DNA of 64,000 bases from Gekko japonicus (Eukaryota), in assembly GCF_001447785.1 (NCBI RefSeq), contig NW_015162565.1, positions 1 to 64,000 of the forward strand, in the 5' to 3' direction. Under the pieces are notes generated by a model. The model did no database searches. It was not told where the DNA came from and saw nothing but the letters and a program-made list of their open reading frames with translations. Made by a program: the position numbers and the translations under genes. Positions within the stretch are counted from its first letter, which is position 1. Every line of letters begins with the position of its first letter. Shown one piece after another: positions 49,646 to 62,687 of this stretch.

Positions 49646-52600
49646 AGCGGTAGGACAATGTACTGAAAAACTCTCTCCTCACAGTAAGAATTTGCGATGT
49701 TGAGGGTGGGCTGAAATATAAAAATAGGCATCCTTCAAATCAATAACACTGAACCAACAATTACATTTTAATAATTGTAAAATTGAAGGAATGGCCACCA
49801 TATGGAACTTAGAAACACAAAGAAAATTTTTCTAAAATGTGTCTAACTCCCCTGTCTTTCTTATCTACAAGGAACATACTAAAGAAGAAACCCTCAGATG
49901 CCTGAGACCCCATAACCTCCTCAATGGCACCCTTGTCAAATAGGGAGGCCAAATCTTGGGCAAGACTTGGTTGGATCCCCTTAGAGGTAACGAATGAGGG
50001 TGATAGACTTAAAATTCTAATCTGTAACCAAATCTAACTATGGACAAAACCCACTTGTTGGAGGTAATAGCCTCCCAGGCTGTAGCAAATTGAGCTAGCC
50101 TGTCCCCAAACAACAATTCTAGTCAGAAGGATGACTTCTAGGATGGAGTTGCCTCTCTAGAAAAGGACAGTTGCTGGTTTGACCTAGGTTGATTGGTACC
50201 TTTATGCCTATGGTAACTCTGTTGTGGGGTAAACAGCTTAGGGTAGGATACTGAGACCCCAAGGGGCCAGAAAAGTGGTAGTCCCTTTGATACGAATGCC
50301 AGGGCTATCTCACAAAGGACCTCTGCTTAAATTGGGACGTGGACGATTGTGACACTCCTGGGGACCTAGCTGTCTGTTTGTTCTTCTTTAACAGGTAAGT
50401 CCTCAACTTTAAGCCTGGTCTCAATAGGCAATACTGTTGAACTTAACCACACGTTGCATCTGAGTACAATGGCGCTTGCCATGGCCTACACTGCCGAATC
50501 TGCAGAATGCCATCCCACATTAATCTGCTGCTTTGACCGTTTAATGGCCTCAGTATGCTGAACTTTAACAAAGGGATGCTTATCTTCCAGCAGGAGTTCC
50601 AGGAACAGAAGAATCCTCTCCCATAAGAAGAGCTAATAACCAGCTATAATGGTTTCATAGTTAGCAATTTTGAAACCTAATGCTGCTGAAGAATATAATT
50701 TTTGACCCAGGACATTTCTCTATCTGTGGGAGCAGAGTGGTAGGCCTGGTGGCATCTCCTCTGTCACCAAGGAGGATGGTGGAGGATGAGTCCTCAGATA
50801 GTTAAATGGCTCCTAGACAACTGAGAGGTGATACGATAACCATCTTCAAGTACTTGAAGGGCTGTCATATACAGGATGGTATGGAGTTGTTTTCTGTTGC
50901 CCCAGAAGGTCGAACCAGAACCAACTGGTTGAAATTAAATCAGAAGAGTTTTCGGCTAAACATTAGGAAGAACTTCCTGACATTTATTGTGGTTCCTCAG
51001 TGGAACAGGCTTCCTCGGGAAGTGGTGGGCTCTCCTTCTTTGGAGGTTTTCAAACAGAGGCTAGATGGCCATCTAACAGCAATGCTGATTCTGTAAACTT
51101 AGGCAGATCATGAGAGGGAGGGCAGGAGGGGTTTCCTCAGTGCTTAGTTCTTGTGGCCCTTTCTTACATGCCCAGGGAACTGCTGATTGCCACTTCAGGG
51201 TCACGAAGCAATTTTTCTCTAGGCCATTTTGACTAGAGATCCTGAGGTTTTTTGTCATCTTCTGGGCATGGAACAGCAGTCACTGCAGGTGTGGAGGGGA
51301 AGGTATTTGTCAATTTCCTGCCTTGTGCAGGGGGTTGGACTAGATGACCTTGGAGGTACCTTCCAACTCTATGATTCTATGAGATGCAGGTTTTTGCCTC
51401 AGTTCCTGCATGAGGTCCTCAAGGCCCTCTAACACCGGGAAAGTAATAATCCTGGGAGACTCTGAATAGAGTATCTTATCTTTGGGTTTGTGCTCCAAGG
51501 TAATGACTTCTTTCTTGAGAGACTGGGCCATATGAATTATTTGTTCTCCAAACATTTGGAGATCCTTCATGGGAGATGCCGAAGATGGCTCACCTACACA
51601 CTCATCAGGGCTCAGATCCGATATTGTGCCAGATCCATTGGATTCAATTACTGCCTCTTCCCCTCTCACTGCAGGAATAGGAGAACACGGCCTGTGCACA
51701 ACTGTTGCTGAAGGCAGATACGATGACACCCAATGAGGGTAACGATACAAACTCGTATCCCTGGGGCTTGCAAAATTGTCACTCAATTCCTCCATATATC
51801 TCGGAGACATCATGTAGGGGTGTGAAGGCCACCGCATAGGTGGTTGGGGCTGAGACCATGGGACCGTGGCTATTTGCTCCAGATCAGACTCACGAGGAAC
51901 TTGGCCATGTGGTAAGCCTGTATCCACGTCCCCATCTGTGATAGAAACAGGTGGAGATCTCAGACCCAGAGATGGAGTTCTGCACTTCTCCTACAAGATT
52001 GGTGCTGGCTCAGGAGTGCAGATTGGAGCGCTCTGCTGGGAAGCTGATTTACATTTTTCCTTTGTCTTGCCTTAGCCTTCTTAGCTGGAGGCTCAGAAGA
52101 GGCACAATGAGTCAGAGGGGAGCGCAACTGAGATCAGATCTGCTGAGACATGGATCCAGGTGGTGGATCTGAACATGTCGATTCTGAAGATACAGAGCTG
52201 GAAGCTTTCTCTGGGGCCAACTAGGACAAAAGCTCTGAGGCTTTAAGGGCTTTCTCCCACAGTGCTGCCTTAAGTTTTGACACCCCATTCACTCAAGCTT
52301 TAGGGGTGAAGCATTGGCAGGCTTTACATGTGGAGACATTATGCCCTTCACCCTAACAGAACAGACAGAGGTCATGTTCATCAGTTTGGGTCATCTTACC
52401 CCACATCAAGGACATTTCTTGAAAAGGGCCTTCTTAGCCATGTAAAGGACTCAGAAGCCAACATAGCTTCAACAAATCTGGAAGGAATCCCCTCAACTAT
52501 AGCTGGAGACGCAAAAAAACCAAGACCTTCTCCTTCGGTGGCAAAAGAGGAACTGGGTGTGTGTGCTGCTGCACAGGAGCACGTGGCCCCTGGGCAGGAA

Positions 52601-52708
52601 CAAGCTTCTGGCTCTTGGAGGCTTTTAGTTGTAAAGACCTATCCGAAGTCAGGCCTGCTCATGCATAGTCCCCATGTGGGACTGCACAGAAGATCAATAA
52701 TGAAAGAA
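49646..52708 (-). mobile_element. DIRS (tyrosine-recombinase) retrotransposon 5' half: terminal repeat, ORF1, RT N-terminus
   Basis: Terminus ttc..tctgtgcagtcccacatgggg. ORF1 MAKKALFKKCP*CG..DEHDLCLFC*GEGHNVSTCKAC. RT FGDRLAQFATAWEAITSNKWVLSIVRFGYRLEF, DLKDAYF and FQYIVLP. Confidence 0.85.
50820..51382 (+). mobile_element. CR1 3' end inserted in DIRS ORF1
   Basis: LRGDTITIFKYLKGCH..WNRLPREVVGSPSLEVFKQRLDGHL followed by attctatga. Confidence 0.92.
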
Positions 52709-52802
52709 ACCTTACAAAATATGCATGAAGCCACATTACTATCTTGCCATGGACTGCAAACTTCTCAACTGTCACTCATTGAGATGGTGTTTGTGTGAAC
52801 AC

Positions 52803-52965
52803 TCATGTATATATGAAATTCAGACCACTGCTCCATCTAGACCTGGGGTGTATATTCTGACTAGCAGAACCTCTCAAAGCCAGGGGTCTTTCCAGTCTCT
52901 GTGACCTCAGGAGCTTGTAACTGGAGGTGAAACTTGGACATTCATGCAAAACATCTTATTCTGCC
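52803..52965 (-). mobile_element. Old tRNA-SINE (Squam2-like)
   Basis: Weak reverse similarity to 45958-46100. Confidence 0.45.
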
Positions 52966-53639
52966 TCCAAATTATGGCCAATGACACCTTTAAGTTTGCT
53001 AAAGGTCTACCTAATTTTGGAGTTATATTTATTAAGTTTTCTTTTTTAATTTGGAAAGTGGTTCTTACAACTATATATTTTGTACATTTTCACATTTGTG
53101 GAGAAAGATGTGCTATAACAATTCAGTTATGTGAGATATGAATATTCAAAGCTGCTCTCTAAAGTGGTAAATAAAGGAAACTCTTGGCATTAATATTTCA
53201 AAGTATTTTGAGCAGACTGCACCACCAGGCCATATGGATGTGCTTTCCACATGTGACTTATGCGCAACCATGCTATGTTCACTCAGTCGTTTATGTAATG
53301 TAGAGCAATTGTATTCATTCCCCTCCCTAAGGGAACATATCATTTAGATCCCGCATGCTGGATTCACCTTTTGGCTTTCATCAGACCTTACTGAACAAGA
53401 AAAGCAAGTTATTTAAAACTATGCTGGGATTTGGTGTTCTTTAAAAAAAGAGAAATGTTTATGCAAAGTGTAGACTGAAGGCAATTCCATGTTTTTGTAT
53501 CTTATCACTAACATTTTATATACTCAAGTTGACAAAGTCTGGATCATTTAGCACAGAATGTAAAAGACAAAAAACACAATACCATCAAAAAGAAAAATAC
53601 CCATTCTTCCTTCAGTGTGGAAATTACCTCACATTTCCA

Positions 53640-53661
53640 TTTATTTCTGTATAAATTTATT
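53640..53661 (-). terminator. Candidate poly(A) signals for SLC26A7 (tandem AATAAA)
   Basis: Two minus-strand AATAAA (53640-53645, 53656-53661) followed by a U/GU-rich tract (53561-53600). Other AATAAA occur at 57986 and 55838. Confidence 0.25.
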
Positions 53662-54957
53662 ATTACTACATATGCTAATAACAAACAGGAAGAAAACAAA
53701 TGAAATGCATTGTTAAACATACAGAAATGAGCTGATTGTCTAATCCTTGCTAAAATCCATTTGAGGGATGAAAGCACCATTTAACAGCCACTCTAGAATG
53801 TCTCCACTTTATAAGAACTTCTTCTTCTTTCTTTTTTTTTGGTCAATAGAGGGATGTATCCTCTCCTTGGGAGGACATTCTTTTAAAAACAACTCATTCG
53901 TATATATTGCAAGCCAGTAAATGTCAAACAATATGCACAAATGATTTTTTGGCACATTAAGGTTTTCACAAAACAAGGAAGGTATCCTAAATTCTAGATT
54001 TATACCATCCAACTCTGTCCCAACGTCCAATAAATTATAACAAGGTAGCTAAAACCAGACTTTTTGACACTTAATATAGAGATTCGGGGGAAATAACCTT
54101 TAAAAAGCATGTGATGAACATTAGGGACATTTAATTTGCATAGCAATGATCTTAGCAGATCTCCCTTATTACATATTTTAATGCATCATTTATGATCATC
54201 ACCAACTTTGTTCTTTAACACTGTACTTGAATTCTATTTAAAAAATATTTCCTTGCTCTGTAGTAGATTTATAAAACTTTAGAGATTGTGCGTGTGTGGA
54301 TCCAAACAACTTGTCTGCGGATGAAAAGTGGAATCGTGGATTCTGCTTGACCACCAAAAATGCTATGCTGGGAGTCCTGGAACCTGTATGGATAAAAGCC
54401 ATGTGGGATGGCTGCTGTGGTGAAGAGTGAGATGGAGTGAAAATACTGGCTAGATCCAACTCTTGGCAACTAAGGAGGTCACCCTTGATTTCAGCACATC
54501 AACACAGAAATGCAAGATGCTCCTGTTCACACAAGTCCCTGTCACTAGTTTACAACAAACCAGGACAACATCCCTGTTAGCCAAAGTATAACTAGCTTGA
54601 AGGGATGCTGACAGACTGATGGTATTTTCTCCCACAAAGTTAGGGTATTTTCTGACTAAATGAACTGTGGGCTACTCCATGTGGTTTGAGCCATTTTTAC
54701 AGAGTCCTCTTTAGTCCCCTATAGTTCAATAATAGGTTATGATGGAAAACAAGCATCCAGTTTCCCCTCCAGGGCAATTACTAGCACTCTCAACTAAGTA
54801 CTACAGCAGCTGATAAGGAACCTGGGAAACTGCTGTGTTAATGAACCCTCACTATAAAATGTACCTGTCAATGAATATTGCAAAAGAAGAAGAAGATTCA
54901 ATTGATGGGTACTAGAAACTGCCACAGGAAGTACTGAAGGATATTAGCTTAAATGTG

Positions 54958-55153
54958 TGTGCAAAGTGCAGTCAAGTTGCAGCCAACCTACAGTGACTCC
55001 AGTAAGGGGCTTTCAAGGCAAGTGAGAAGCAGAAGTGATTTGCCATTGCCTTCCTCTGCAGAGTCTTCCTTGGTGGCCTCCCTTCTAAGTATCAATCATG
55101 CTTAGCTTCTGAGATCCGATGAGACTGGGCTATACCATGCCACCTTGCCTTCC
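54958..55153 (-). mobile_element. 5S rRNA-derived SINE with RTE-like tail
   Basis: Reverse complement: catggtatagcccagtctcatcggatctcagaagctaagc..gaggaaggcaatggcaaatcac..cttgccttgaaagcccc. Confidence 0.8.
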
Positions 55154-55535
55154 ATTAGCTACTAATTATCAAAAGAATTGGCCAGTTTCATGGGGGTAAG
55201 CCAAATCAATAGAAACTCCAGGCTCAGCAGCCCACCTCCATTTATTAAATGCTGGGAGCAAACAACAGAGATGCCGGTCTCCATCATACCCTGGTTGCCG
55301 GATTCCGGACAGCATCTATCTCTCATTTTTTTGGAGCATGTGCTGGAACTCATAGTTCTAATGTTCTGTTTTTATGGTAGTAGGACACTTGGGAGAGATC
55401 TCTTAGCAGGGGATAGCAAAATGTGAAATTAATGCCATAGCTGAGAAAGTACAGACGATTGCCGGAAAGTAAAACAAACAACTCAGTGCTTTCTTTGAGG
55501 TGCCCTATGAAAATCAAAACACGAAGCAACAGCAT

Positions 55536-55745
55536 CCCTGACCTGGATGGCCCAAGCTAGCCTGATCTTTTCAGATCTCGGGAGTTAAGCCCTGGTTAGT
55601 ATCTGAATGGGAGACCAGCCAGGAAGTCCAGGGTCACTACACAGAGGCAGGCAACGGCAAACCACAGCTGAACATCTCTTGCATTGAAAACCCTACGGGG
55701 TCTCCATAGGTTTCCTTTAACTTGACAGCAGTTCACACACACAGA
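55536..55745 (+). mobile_element. 5S rRNA-derived SINE with RTE-like tail
   Basis: gcctgatcttttcagatctcgggagttaagccctggttagtatctgaatgggagacc..ggcaacggcaaaccac..(CA)n. Confidence 0.85.
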
Positions 55746-58348
55746 GTATCACTGAGTTATACCACATCACGCTGAACCAATAGAGAACTCTGTAAAAACT
55801 ACAGATGCTTCCAAAATTCTGGTCTTTTACTATCTTCCTTTATTTTGAGGTTTCAAATTATCAGGTCTTGTTACTGAAGCAATAATAATAATAACAACAA
55901 TGCACTAGGAATCCCTCATTGCTCCCTTTTTTAAAAAATTCAGAATTTTATACTGAACATCACATGTGCCATTTGTTTCATCTTTCAGATCCTTAAATTC
56001 ATTAGCGCCTTTTTGAAACTTCTGTTACTGATACACATTGATAAAACATCACAAAAGGAAAATCTTGATCTGATTGTACGTAGGGTGGGTTGTATAAAAC
56101 TTTTCCCTGTATGTATTTTTCCAAATGCATAGGTGTGCGCGTCAGGAAAACAGCAACACAAAGAATGTCAATGCAATGGAATGTACAATTACATCAACAG
56201 TGTGATAACTTGCAGAATGCTGAGAATGTGCACGGATACCAAGCCCCCCCCCCCAAGGCAGAGATCTAAAAAAATCTAAAAGCTAACTGCACAAACTCAT
56301 TGTGTGATTTTTTTTTTGTAAGTCTCTAAATGAAACTGGATTTAAGGAGTAGAACAAAATGCAGAGAATAATTCCAGAGGGGTAGCTATGCTACAGCACA
56401 AACCAAAGCGGCATCTGAAAAAAATAAAATGACTTTCTTCTAGCATCAGCTTTCAGGGGCTCCAGTCCACAAATGCTTGTGCTGAAATAAAATCTTGTTT
56501 TTGTTCAACATGTCACTAGGCTCCTGTTTATTTTTACAGTGCCAAGAGAAATTCGGAAACAAGACAAGAACAGAACCAAGGAAATCTGTTCATATCCAGT
56601 AAAAAGAGGCTTACATTAAGTTGTGATTGCTACTATCAATAGTTTCAGCTGCACTGCTTTCTAGGGATTCAAAGACAGCTATCCAATAAACAGCGGTTGT
56701 CTTCACATACAGTATACTGGGTTTTGCACATGTACAATTGGCACACACAGAACACTTGCTGGCCAAAATCAGCTACACTGAAATCCTGAACAGCTACACG
56801 TTTCTAAGATTAGGGTTAGGATGGCACTATGGGTCAGTAGAGAACTTTAGCTGCCGCACTCAGCTGCCCGTTTGTTCCAGGGAAGACAGCTTGTTACTTA
56901 CTCTTCTCTTAGATATTTGGCTGCAGACTCTTTCCTTCCCTCTTTTCTAACTCAGCTCCTGGGAGTCAAAAAAGAAGGTTGTAATCCACCAAGATTCAAC
57001 ACCTTTCTTCTGTCTTCAGACAAAACAAAACAAAACTTATGCTGATCTATCGTTTAACTGACCTATTCAAACCTATTGTTTCTAAGTCCAGCCAATTTAG
57101 AAAATGAACGCAATGTTCTGCAGACAGCCTTGTAAACGGCCAGAATAATTCAATGTAACATGAGACAATTATATAAGTGCGATTGCCTGGAGCCCTCCAG
57201 GAAAAGTGGAGAATCTCCTGCATTTGTTGTAAATAAACAAATCATAACCACAATTAATGCTAATAGCAGGAATGGCAAGACTATACAGTTCTGAACTCAG
57301 TGTAGCTTTATACTGTACAAAAGCTTCTGAGAAGCCTGCCTTTAACACGGTTCATTTGCAATTTTTAATGGATTGATCACATTTTGAGAGTTCTGCCCAG
57401 AATAAACAGAAACTTATTCTAGATCTATATTTCTAGATCACAGCAAAATATTCAGACTTGCATTAATTTATAAAACTTTGGAACACGGAGCATGATGCAC
57501 AATTAAGCCAACTGTTTGTATGATGTGCAATGGTTATTCCGATGTGTAGTACTTTGTGTTTTTGACTGATGACATGATGTGAAAATGCAGATAATGATAC
57601 GATATGAATGCGATGTGCCTCAATGATTTAAGTCAAAAAATGAACATCCATTTTTATGGATAAGTTGAAGACAAAAATAGCCACTAAGGTAGAATAACAG
57701 GTTTTGCACATCTTTGCTTCTCAATAGACTGAGTTCTTCAGTATGTCCCCTATCGATACAATGCAGTCAATACTGATGTTTCAATGCATTTCATTATGCT
57801 GGACATATAAGTTTCTTCTCATATTCAATAACTGGAGTAATCAAAGCAAGGTATGACAGTTAAAATACAATCATTAATGTCCTTGATTTCACCAGACTAT
57901 ATCTTGTTTGGACTATCCATAATAGATAGTTGAAATATGGCAGTACCTGAGGGAAATGTAGCTGTGTGTACTTTTCATTCATTACTTTATTTCTTCATGC
58001 TTAACTATAACAAATGATGGTCTGGATGAGAACAATCCACTATCTCTGTACAACTCTGTATCATTTGGCAATGATATAAAAAACCTGGAGCATACTTGGT
58101 GAAGCTAGTTCCTACTTTCTAAATCCGTATCAAACTCTGAAGCTCACTTCTATGTAAATCTTCCTTTTTGTATGCAACACACCTCATATCTGCAGCTGTG
58201 CACACACACACACACCCTTACACACAAAAACTGCATCCTCCCCCATGCAAATATATTATTTCATAGCAGCGTTTACTATAAATCCAGGGCCTCCCTTTTA
58301 AGCTCTGCTACAAAATAAGATATTAAACATTTCAACTCTCTGTAAGTT

Positions 58349-58407
58349 NNNNNNNNNNNNNNNNNNNNNNNNNNNNNNNNNNNNNNNNNNNNNNNNNNNN
58401 NNNNNNN
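58349..58407. other. Assembly gap
   Basis: N run. Confidence 1.
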
Positions 58408-59102
58408 AGGTCCAACTAGAGAATCTTAGCATCAAATGCTAAAACGGCTTCTGCAACTGAGATTGTAGCACATGATGATGGTTATTGAGAACAACCAAAA
58501 AATAAAATAACACTATAAAATCATGAGAAAATATGCACAAGACAGGTGATACTTGAAACAATCAGTGAATGCAATGACTTCGACAGAGTGTGACAGAATC
58601 AACACTCTAGGGTTGTAGGGCACAGCATGATTTATCCAGTGTGCACTATAGGTATTTAAGAAGAACTGATCTTATATCACTGTTTGTATGTTCAGATACC
58701 ATCACTTGGGATCAGATACCATCAGCTGCAGAATAAAACTCAATACCTCTGCATTCTCTCACACACAGAAATGGTACCCCTAAGTTGCAACAGGATAGAG
58801 CTAAAACAATATACATCACAGTAATGAAGTAGCATCCTAAACTGTTTCTATTTTCAAAAAATATAAATGCATACAAAATATGTAACCATTAAAGAACAAT
58901 TCAGGTTATGAAAAAAGTCACTTGTGGTAATTCAAAGGGAAACCTTCAGGAACTACACACCAATAAACACTGTTGGTACTGGGTTTGATGGATACTTGGC
59001 ATACAATTCATTACCAACAAATCTTGTGCTTAAAGATCCAGGGAACGCTGTGTTGTTGCTCCTTCTGGAGGTGAGCAGCTCAGTATACACGTTTGGCTAG
59101 CA

Positions 59103-59138
59103 TCAGACCTCACTGTATTCATTAAGCTTGCAGACATT
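59103..59138 (-). CDS. SLC26A7: Anion exchanger SLC26A7, terminal coding exon (NVCKLNEYSEV*)
   Basis: Acceptor ctttgtcttttcaattttAG, phase 0. Matches the recalled human C-terminus NLSKLSDHSEV, including the class I PDZ-type SEV end. Confidence 0.9.
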   Translation of the reverse strand, partial: NVCKLNEYSEV

Positions 59139-59300
59139 CTAAAATTGAAAAGACAAAGACACTTCAACTGCATGGACATATTTCAAGAATATAATTTACA
59201 GAATATCTACATTAACATATGGACCAGCAATAATCCAGGCACGTAATCTGGGAAAATATATCTTGTCCCTACAATCAACAGGTCCGGTATCTGAGGATTA

Positions 59301-59486
59301 TGAACATATGAAGCTATTATATAGTTCATGGTGTCAGAATCTAGCCCAATGCAGTCTACTCTGAGTGGCAATAGCTCTCCATGTTATTAGGAAGACATCT
59401 ATCTAAGACTTGTTACCCGAAGCCTTTTATCTGGAACAGCCAGGATTGAACCTGGGATCATGTTCTAATATTGATCTATGGCTCCT
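59301..59486 (-). mobile_element. Old tRNA-SINE (Squam2-like), intronic
   Basis: catatgaagct..gtctactctgagtggcaatagctctcc..ggattgaacctggga. Confidence 0.55.
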
Positions 59487-59551
59487 TTTATGACTGAGAT
59501 CCTGCTAACAGAATATTGCATTTTGGATTGCATGGATTAATTTATGGGGGG

Positions 59552-59718
59552 CAGCCCCGTAGCTAGGGAATTTGGGGGGAGGGGGCGTCGAGGGGCCCAC
59601 CAGCTAATTAAACGAAAGTACAATGCAGGTGGTAAGTTGTAGCACTTTGGGAGGGAGGGGGCCCAGAAGAAACACCAGGGGGCCGGGCCCCATGGGCCCC
59701 ATGCTAGCTATGGGCCAG
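59552..59718. mobile_element. hAT MITE, intronic
   Basis: cagccccgtagctag...ctagctatgggccag termini; 8-bp TSD ATGGGGGG. Confidence 0.75.
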
Positions 59719-59819
59719 ATGGGGGGGCAGAGGTGTAGACTCAAAGTGTTACTGTTCACTGCTGTAGTATATGTGTGGGATGGATAGAGACTGCTACAGC
59801 AGGGACAAAAACAAGTACT

Positions 59820-61266
59820 TTAGTCAATGACTAATTAAATTGTGGAATTCACTGCTAGAGGACATAGTGATGGCCACTGGGATAGATGGCTTTGAAAGGG
59901 AATTAGATAGGTTCATGTCATTGTTATATCAGTATTGTATCATTCTTTAGTACACTATATAAGTTCATGATATGATCTATCTGTCTGCACTGATACGTAT
60001 TGATGTTACATTGACCCTTGTAAGGCGATTTTACTTGTACTCTTATGACCTAAACTGGAAGATATTTCTTTATTTATATTTAATTTGTCATGTTTTTATT
60101 GATTATATTTTACTAATTGTTACAATTTGGAATTTACTTTCATTTTTATTTCTAGGTACATATTGACAAAGGAGCCGTGGTGACTTAGAGGTTAAAATGC
60201 TGAGCTGCAGACTGGAAGTTCAGTAGTCCGGCAGTTCGAGACCCTAGTGCTGCAGGACAGAGTGAGCTCCCATCTCTGGCCCCAGCTCCTGCCAACCTAG
60301 CAGTTCGAGAGCAAGAAATTGCAAGTAGATAAATAGGTACTACTTCGGTGGGAAGGTAACAGCGTTCTGTGCACCTTGGTGTTCAGTCATGCCGGCCACA
60401 TGACCACGGAAACGTCTTCGGACGGCGCTGGCTCTTTGGCTTGGAAATGGAGATGAGCACTGCCCCCTAGAGTCAGATTCAACTGGCTTTCAAGCAAGGG
60501 AAACCTTTATATTTACTTTACATATTGACAATATTACTGTCTTTAATAAATGTAATTGCTTCTGACACAAGGCCAGATACATTTGTGGCCCCACAAACAT
60601 TATTTTTGGTGTCATTCAATTCCAGATTGGAAGTAAGTATATTAAATTAGGGTACAGTAAAGTATGCATTTTTAGTATTAGATGGGATTTTTCAATTGGG
60701 TAATTTAATATTAATCAAATAGTTTTTATTTCTCCATACAGGATTCCATTTTTGGTTCTATATAGATTGTTTACTGCCTTACAAGTGTAACAGGGGCTTT
60801 GTTGTATGTTGTATTCTGTACAATTTGACCTCTGAAGAAGGCTCTTGTGGACTGAAGGCTCTTGTGGGTTCTTTTTGTACATTTGTCACTTTGATTATTT
60901 TATGAGGCTTTATTTGGTCCCCTACAAGGTTTTTATATGTTTTTGAAATAAACACGTGTACCTTTGATGTTTTAAACTTTTGGGCATTTACTAGTTTTCT
61001 AAACTTCCTTTGGAGGTTTTTGCTTGGTTGGTTCAGTTTTTCTTCCCCTCTCTTTTTGGGTCATGGAAGAGAGGTCCACCAAAGACAAGTAGTCACAAGG
61101 GAACCTTTATATTCAAAGGCAGTAAGTCTTGGAATACCAGTGCTAGGAGGCAACATCAGGCCTCTATGCCCTGTTGGTTGGCGCTCTAATGCAACTGGTT
61201 GGCCACTGAGTTGAAACAGGATGTTGCAACACTGGTCTGATCTAGCAGGCCTCCTGATATTATGTG
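59820..61266 (+). mobile_element. Old CR1 3' end split by a ~1.15-kb AT-rich insertion (59918-61060)
   Basis: tggaattcactgc..attagataggttcatg resumes as tcatggaagagaggtccacc, colinear with 38305-38677. Confidence 0.7.
60170..60518 (+). mobile_element. Sauria SINE
   Basis: Full length, ccagctcctgccaacctagcagttcga core, accttt tail, 13-bp TSD TACATATTGACAA. Confidence 0.92.
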
Positions 61267-62583
61267 ATTTTTTTTCTATGCTGCTAAAAAAAGATTCATG
61301 AAACTCATTTGTCTCCAATGAGTAATTATTTCCACCAAATCCGCATGAAAAGAAGTGCAGGGAAACAGGCTGTTTGAGATGGTCCATAGATTCCATGGCC
61401 ACCTCACTTTGGACTAAGCTGTGAGCCTTTCACAGCCTGAAACCAGAAGGCAGGGAGATTCGTAGCATGTGGGACCCTTGAAACCATGTGGTGACTATAA
61501 AAGTTGAGGCAAAACAACAACAACAACAAAACCCTAGTTGCTCAAAAAGACCCAAGTCTGCAAAGAACCAATCAAACAGTGCATATGTTTCAAACAGCTA
61601 AATGATTGTATTTCCTCCTCTCTGCAGCTGAGCTGAGCTAATACCCACAGCTTTCCTTAGTTCAGTCGATTAGCCTAGAGCAATTTAGGTGGAAAAGAAG
61701 GAGGAAGCCTTTTTCTAATTGAATTACCGAATGTGGCTGTTCATGGAAATAGCAGGGAGAAAGGAACAGAAAACAACAGTCCATTGACTATGTTGACTTT
61801 AATCTGTCTTGGAGGGGATTCTGTCTTGGGCTATGGCCAACTTTGTAGTCATGCATAAAACAATGGAAAGCCAGACTCCATACGCTGCCTTTGAGCATTT
61901 GATTTAAGAACAGTTGCAGCTGTATGGAACCTCCAGTGCGTGCAGCAGGAAGCAGAGGGAATGGCAGAAAGAGCCACAGCTGCAGCAGGTGACCATCACT
62001 GGCCACAGTTGACTCCAGCTACCCACAAGCCCAGATGTGCAGGTTGCCTTTGTTTCCAGATACCGGCCGCATGTGTATTCACATGAATTCTGCATATGCA
62101 AACAATTATGCCAGAGTCCTGTGGAGCTGTTTGACTTAGAAGAATCACTGGCGGCTGGGGGAGGCCTGATATAAGTTTAGAGTCTCCTGGTGAGTGCAGA
62201 AAAGAAAAGACTTACTCACCTCTCTCAATATGGAAGTTTTCAGGTCATCCCAAGAAATTAGCAGGTAGGAGATACAAAAAGGAAATACCTTATCACATAG
62301 CCTATAATACAGCCATGCACCTCTTTGCTGCAGTTCTGAAGGCCACTGCTATCAGAGGTGTTTTTTGTTGTTGTTGTTGTTGCTGTTAAAGAATACTATC
62401 AGTGGTGATGAACCACAAAAAGCAGAAATGGCATATCGTACAGCTCTCGACTACTAGATGCTGAGAATGAGCAAAGGCTGGCCATGGCACATCTTTTGAA
62501 TTTCCCAGAGGCATTCAATTGGATATTTTGACCCCAATAGGAAAAAAATGACAGTTCTCATCTCTTTATATAGTTAGACTCAC

Positions 62584-62687
62584 CCTGTGTAGTTGAATAG
62601 CACCAACAGCTGAAGAAAGGGACTCAAAGAAGACAGGGCTTTCAGATTCCAGCTTTCCACCGAGCTTCATTGCCTTTATCAACGAAG
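62584..62687 (-). CDS. SLC26A7: SLC26A7 penultimate coding exon (end of STAS domain)
   Basis: ttaCAG|104 bp|GTGAGT. Encodes (A)SLIKAMKLGGKLESESPVFFESLSSAVGAIQLHR, aligning without gaps to recalled human [34 protein letters not shown]. Confidence 0.93.

Noticed and set aside
51340-51927. 195-aa ORF as a host gene
   Set aside because: It is the low-complexity middle of DIRS ORF1, terminating in the inserted CR1.
55555-55630. 5S rRNA genes (here and at similar sites)
   Set aside because: Truncated, diverged and fused to a retroposon tail, so these are SINE heads.
59030-59137. Alternative frame in the last exon (MSASLMNTVRS...RSLDL*)
   Set aside because: The upstream exon ends in phase 0, and the phase-0 frame matches the known SLC26A7 end.
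62210-62300. Strong minus-strand donor (gag|GTGAGTAAGT) as an alternative SLC26A7 exon
   Set aside because: No nearby acceptor or coding similarity, and it adjoins a decayed CR1-like remnant.
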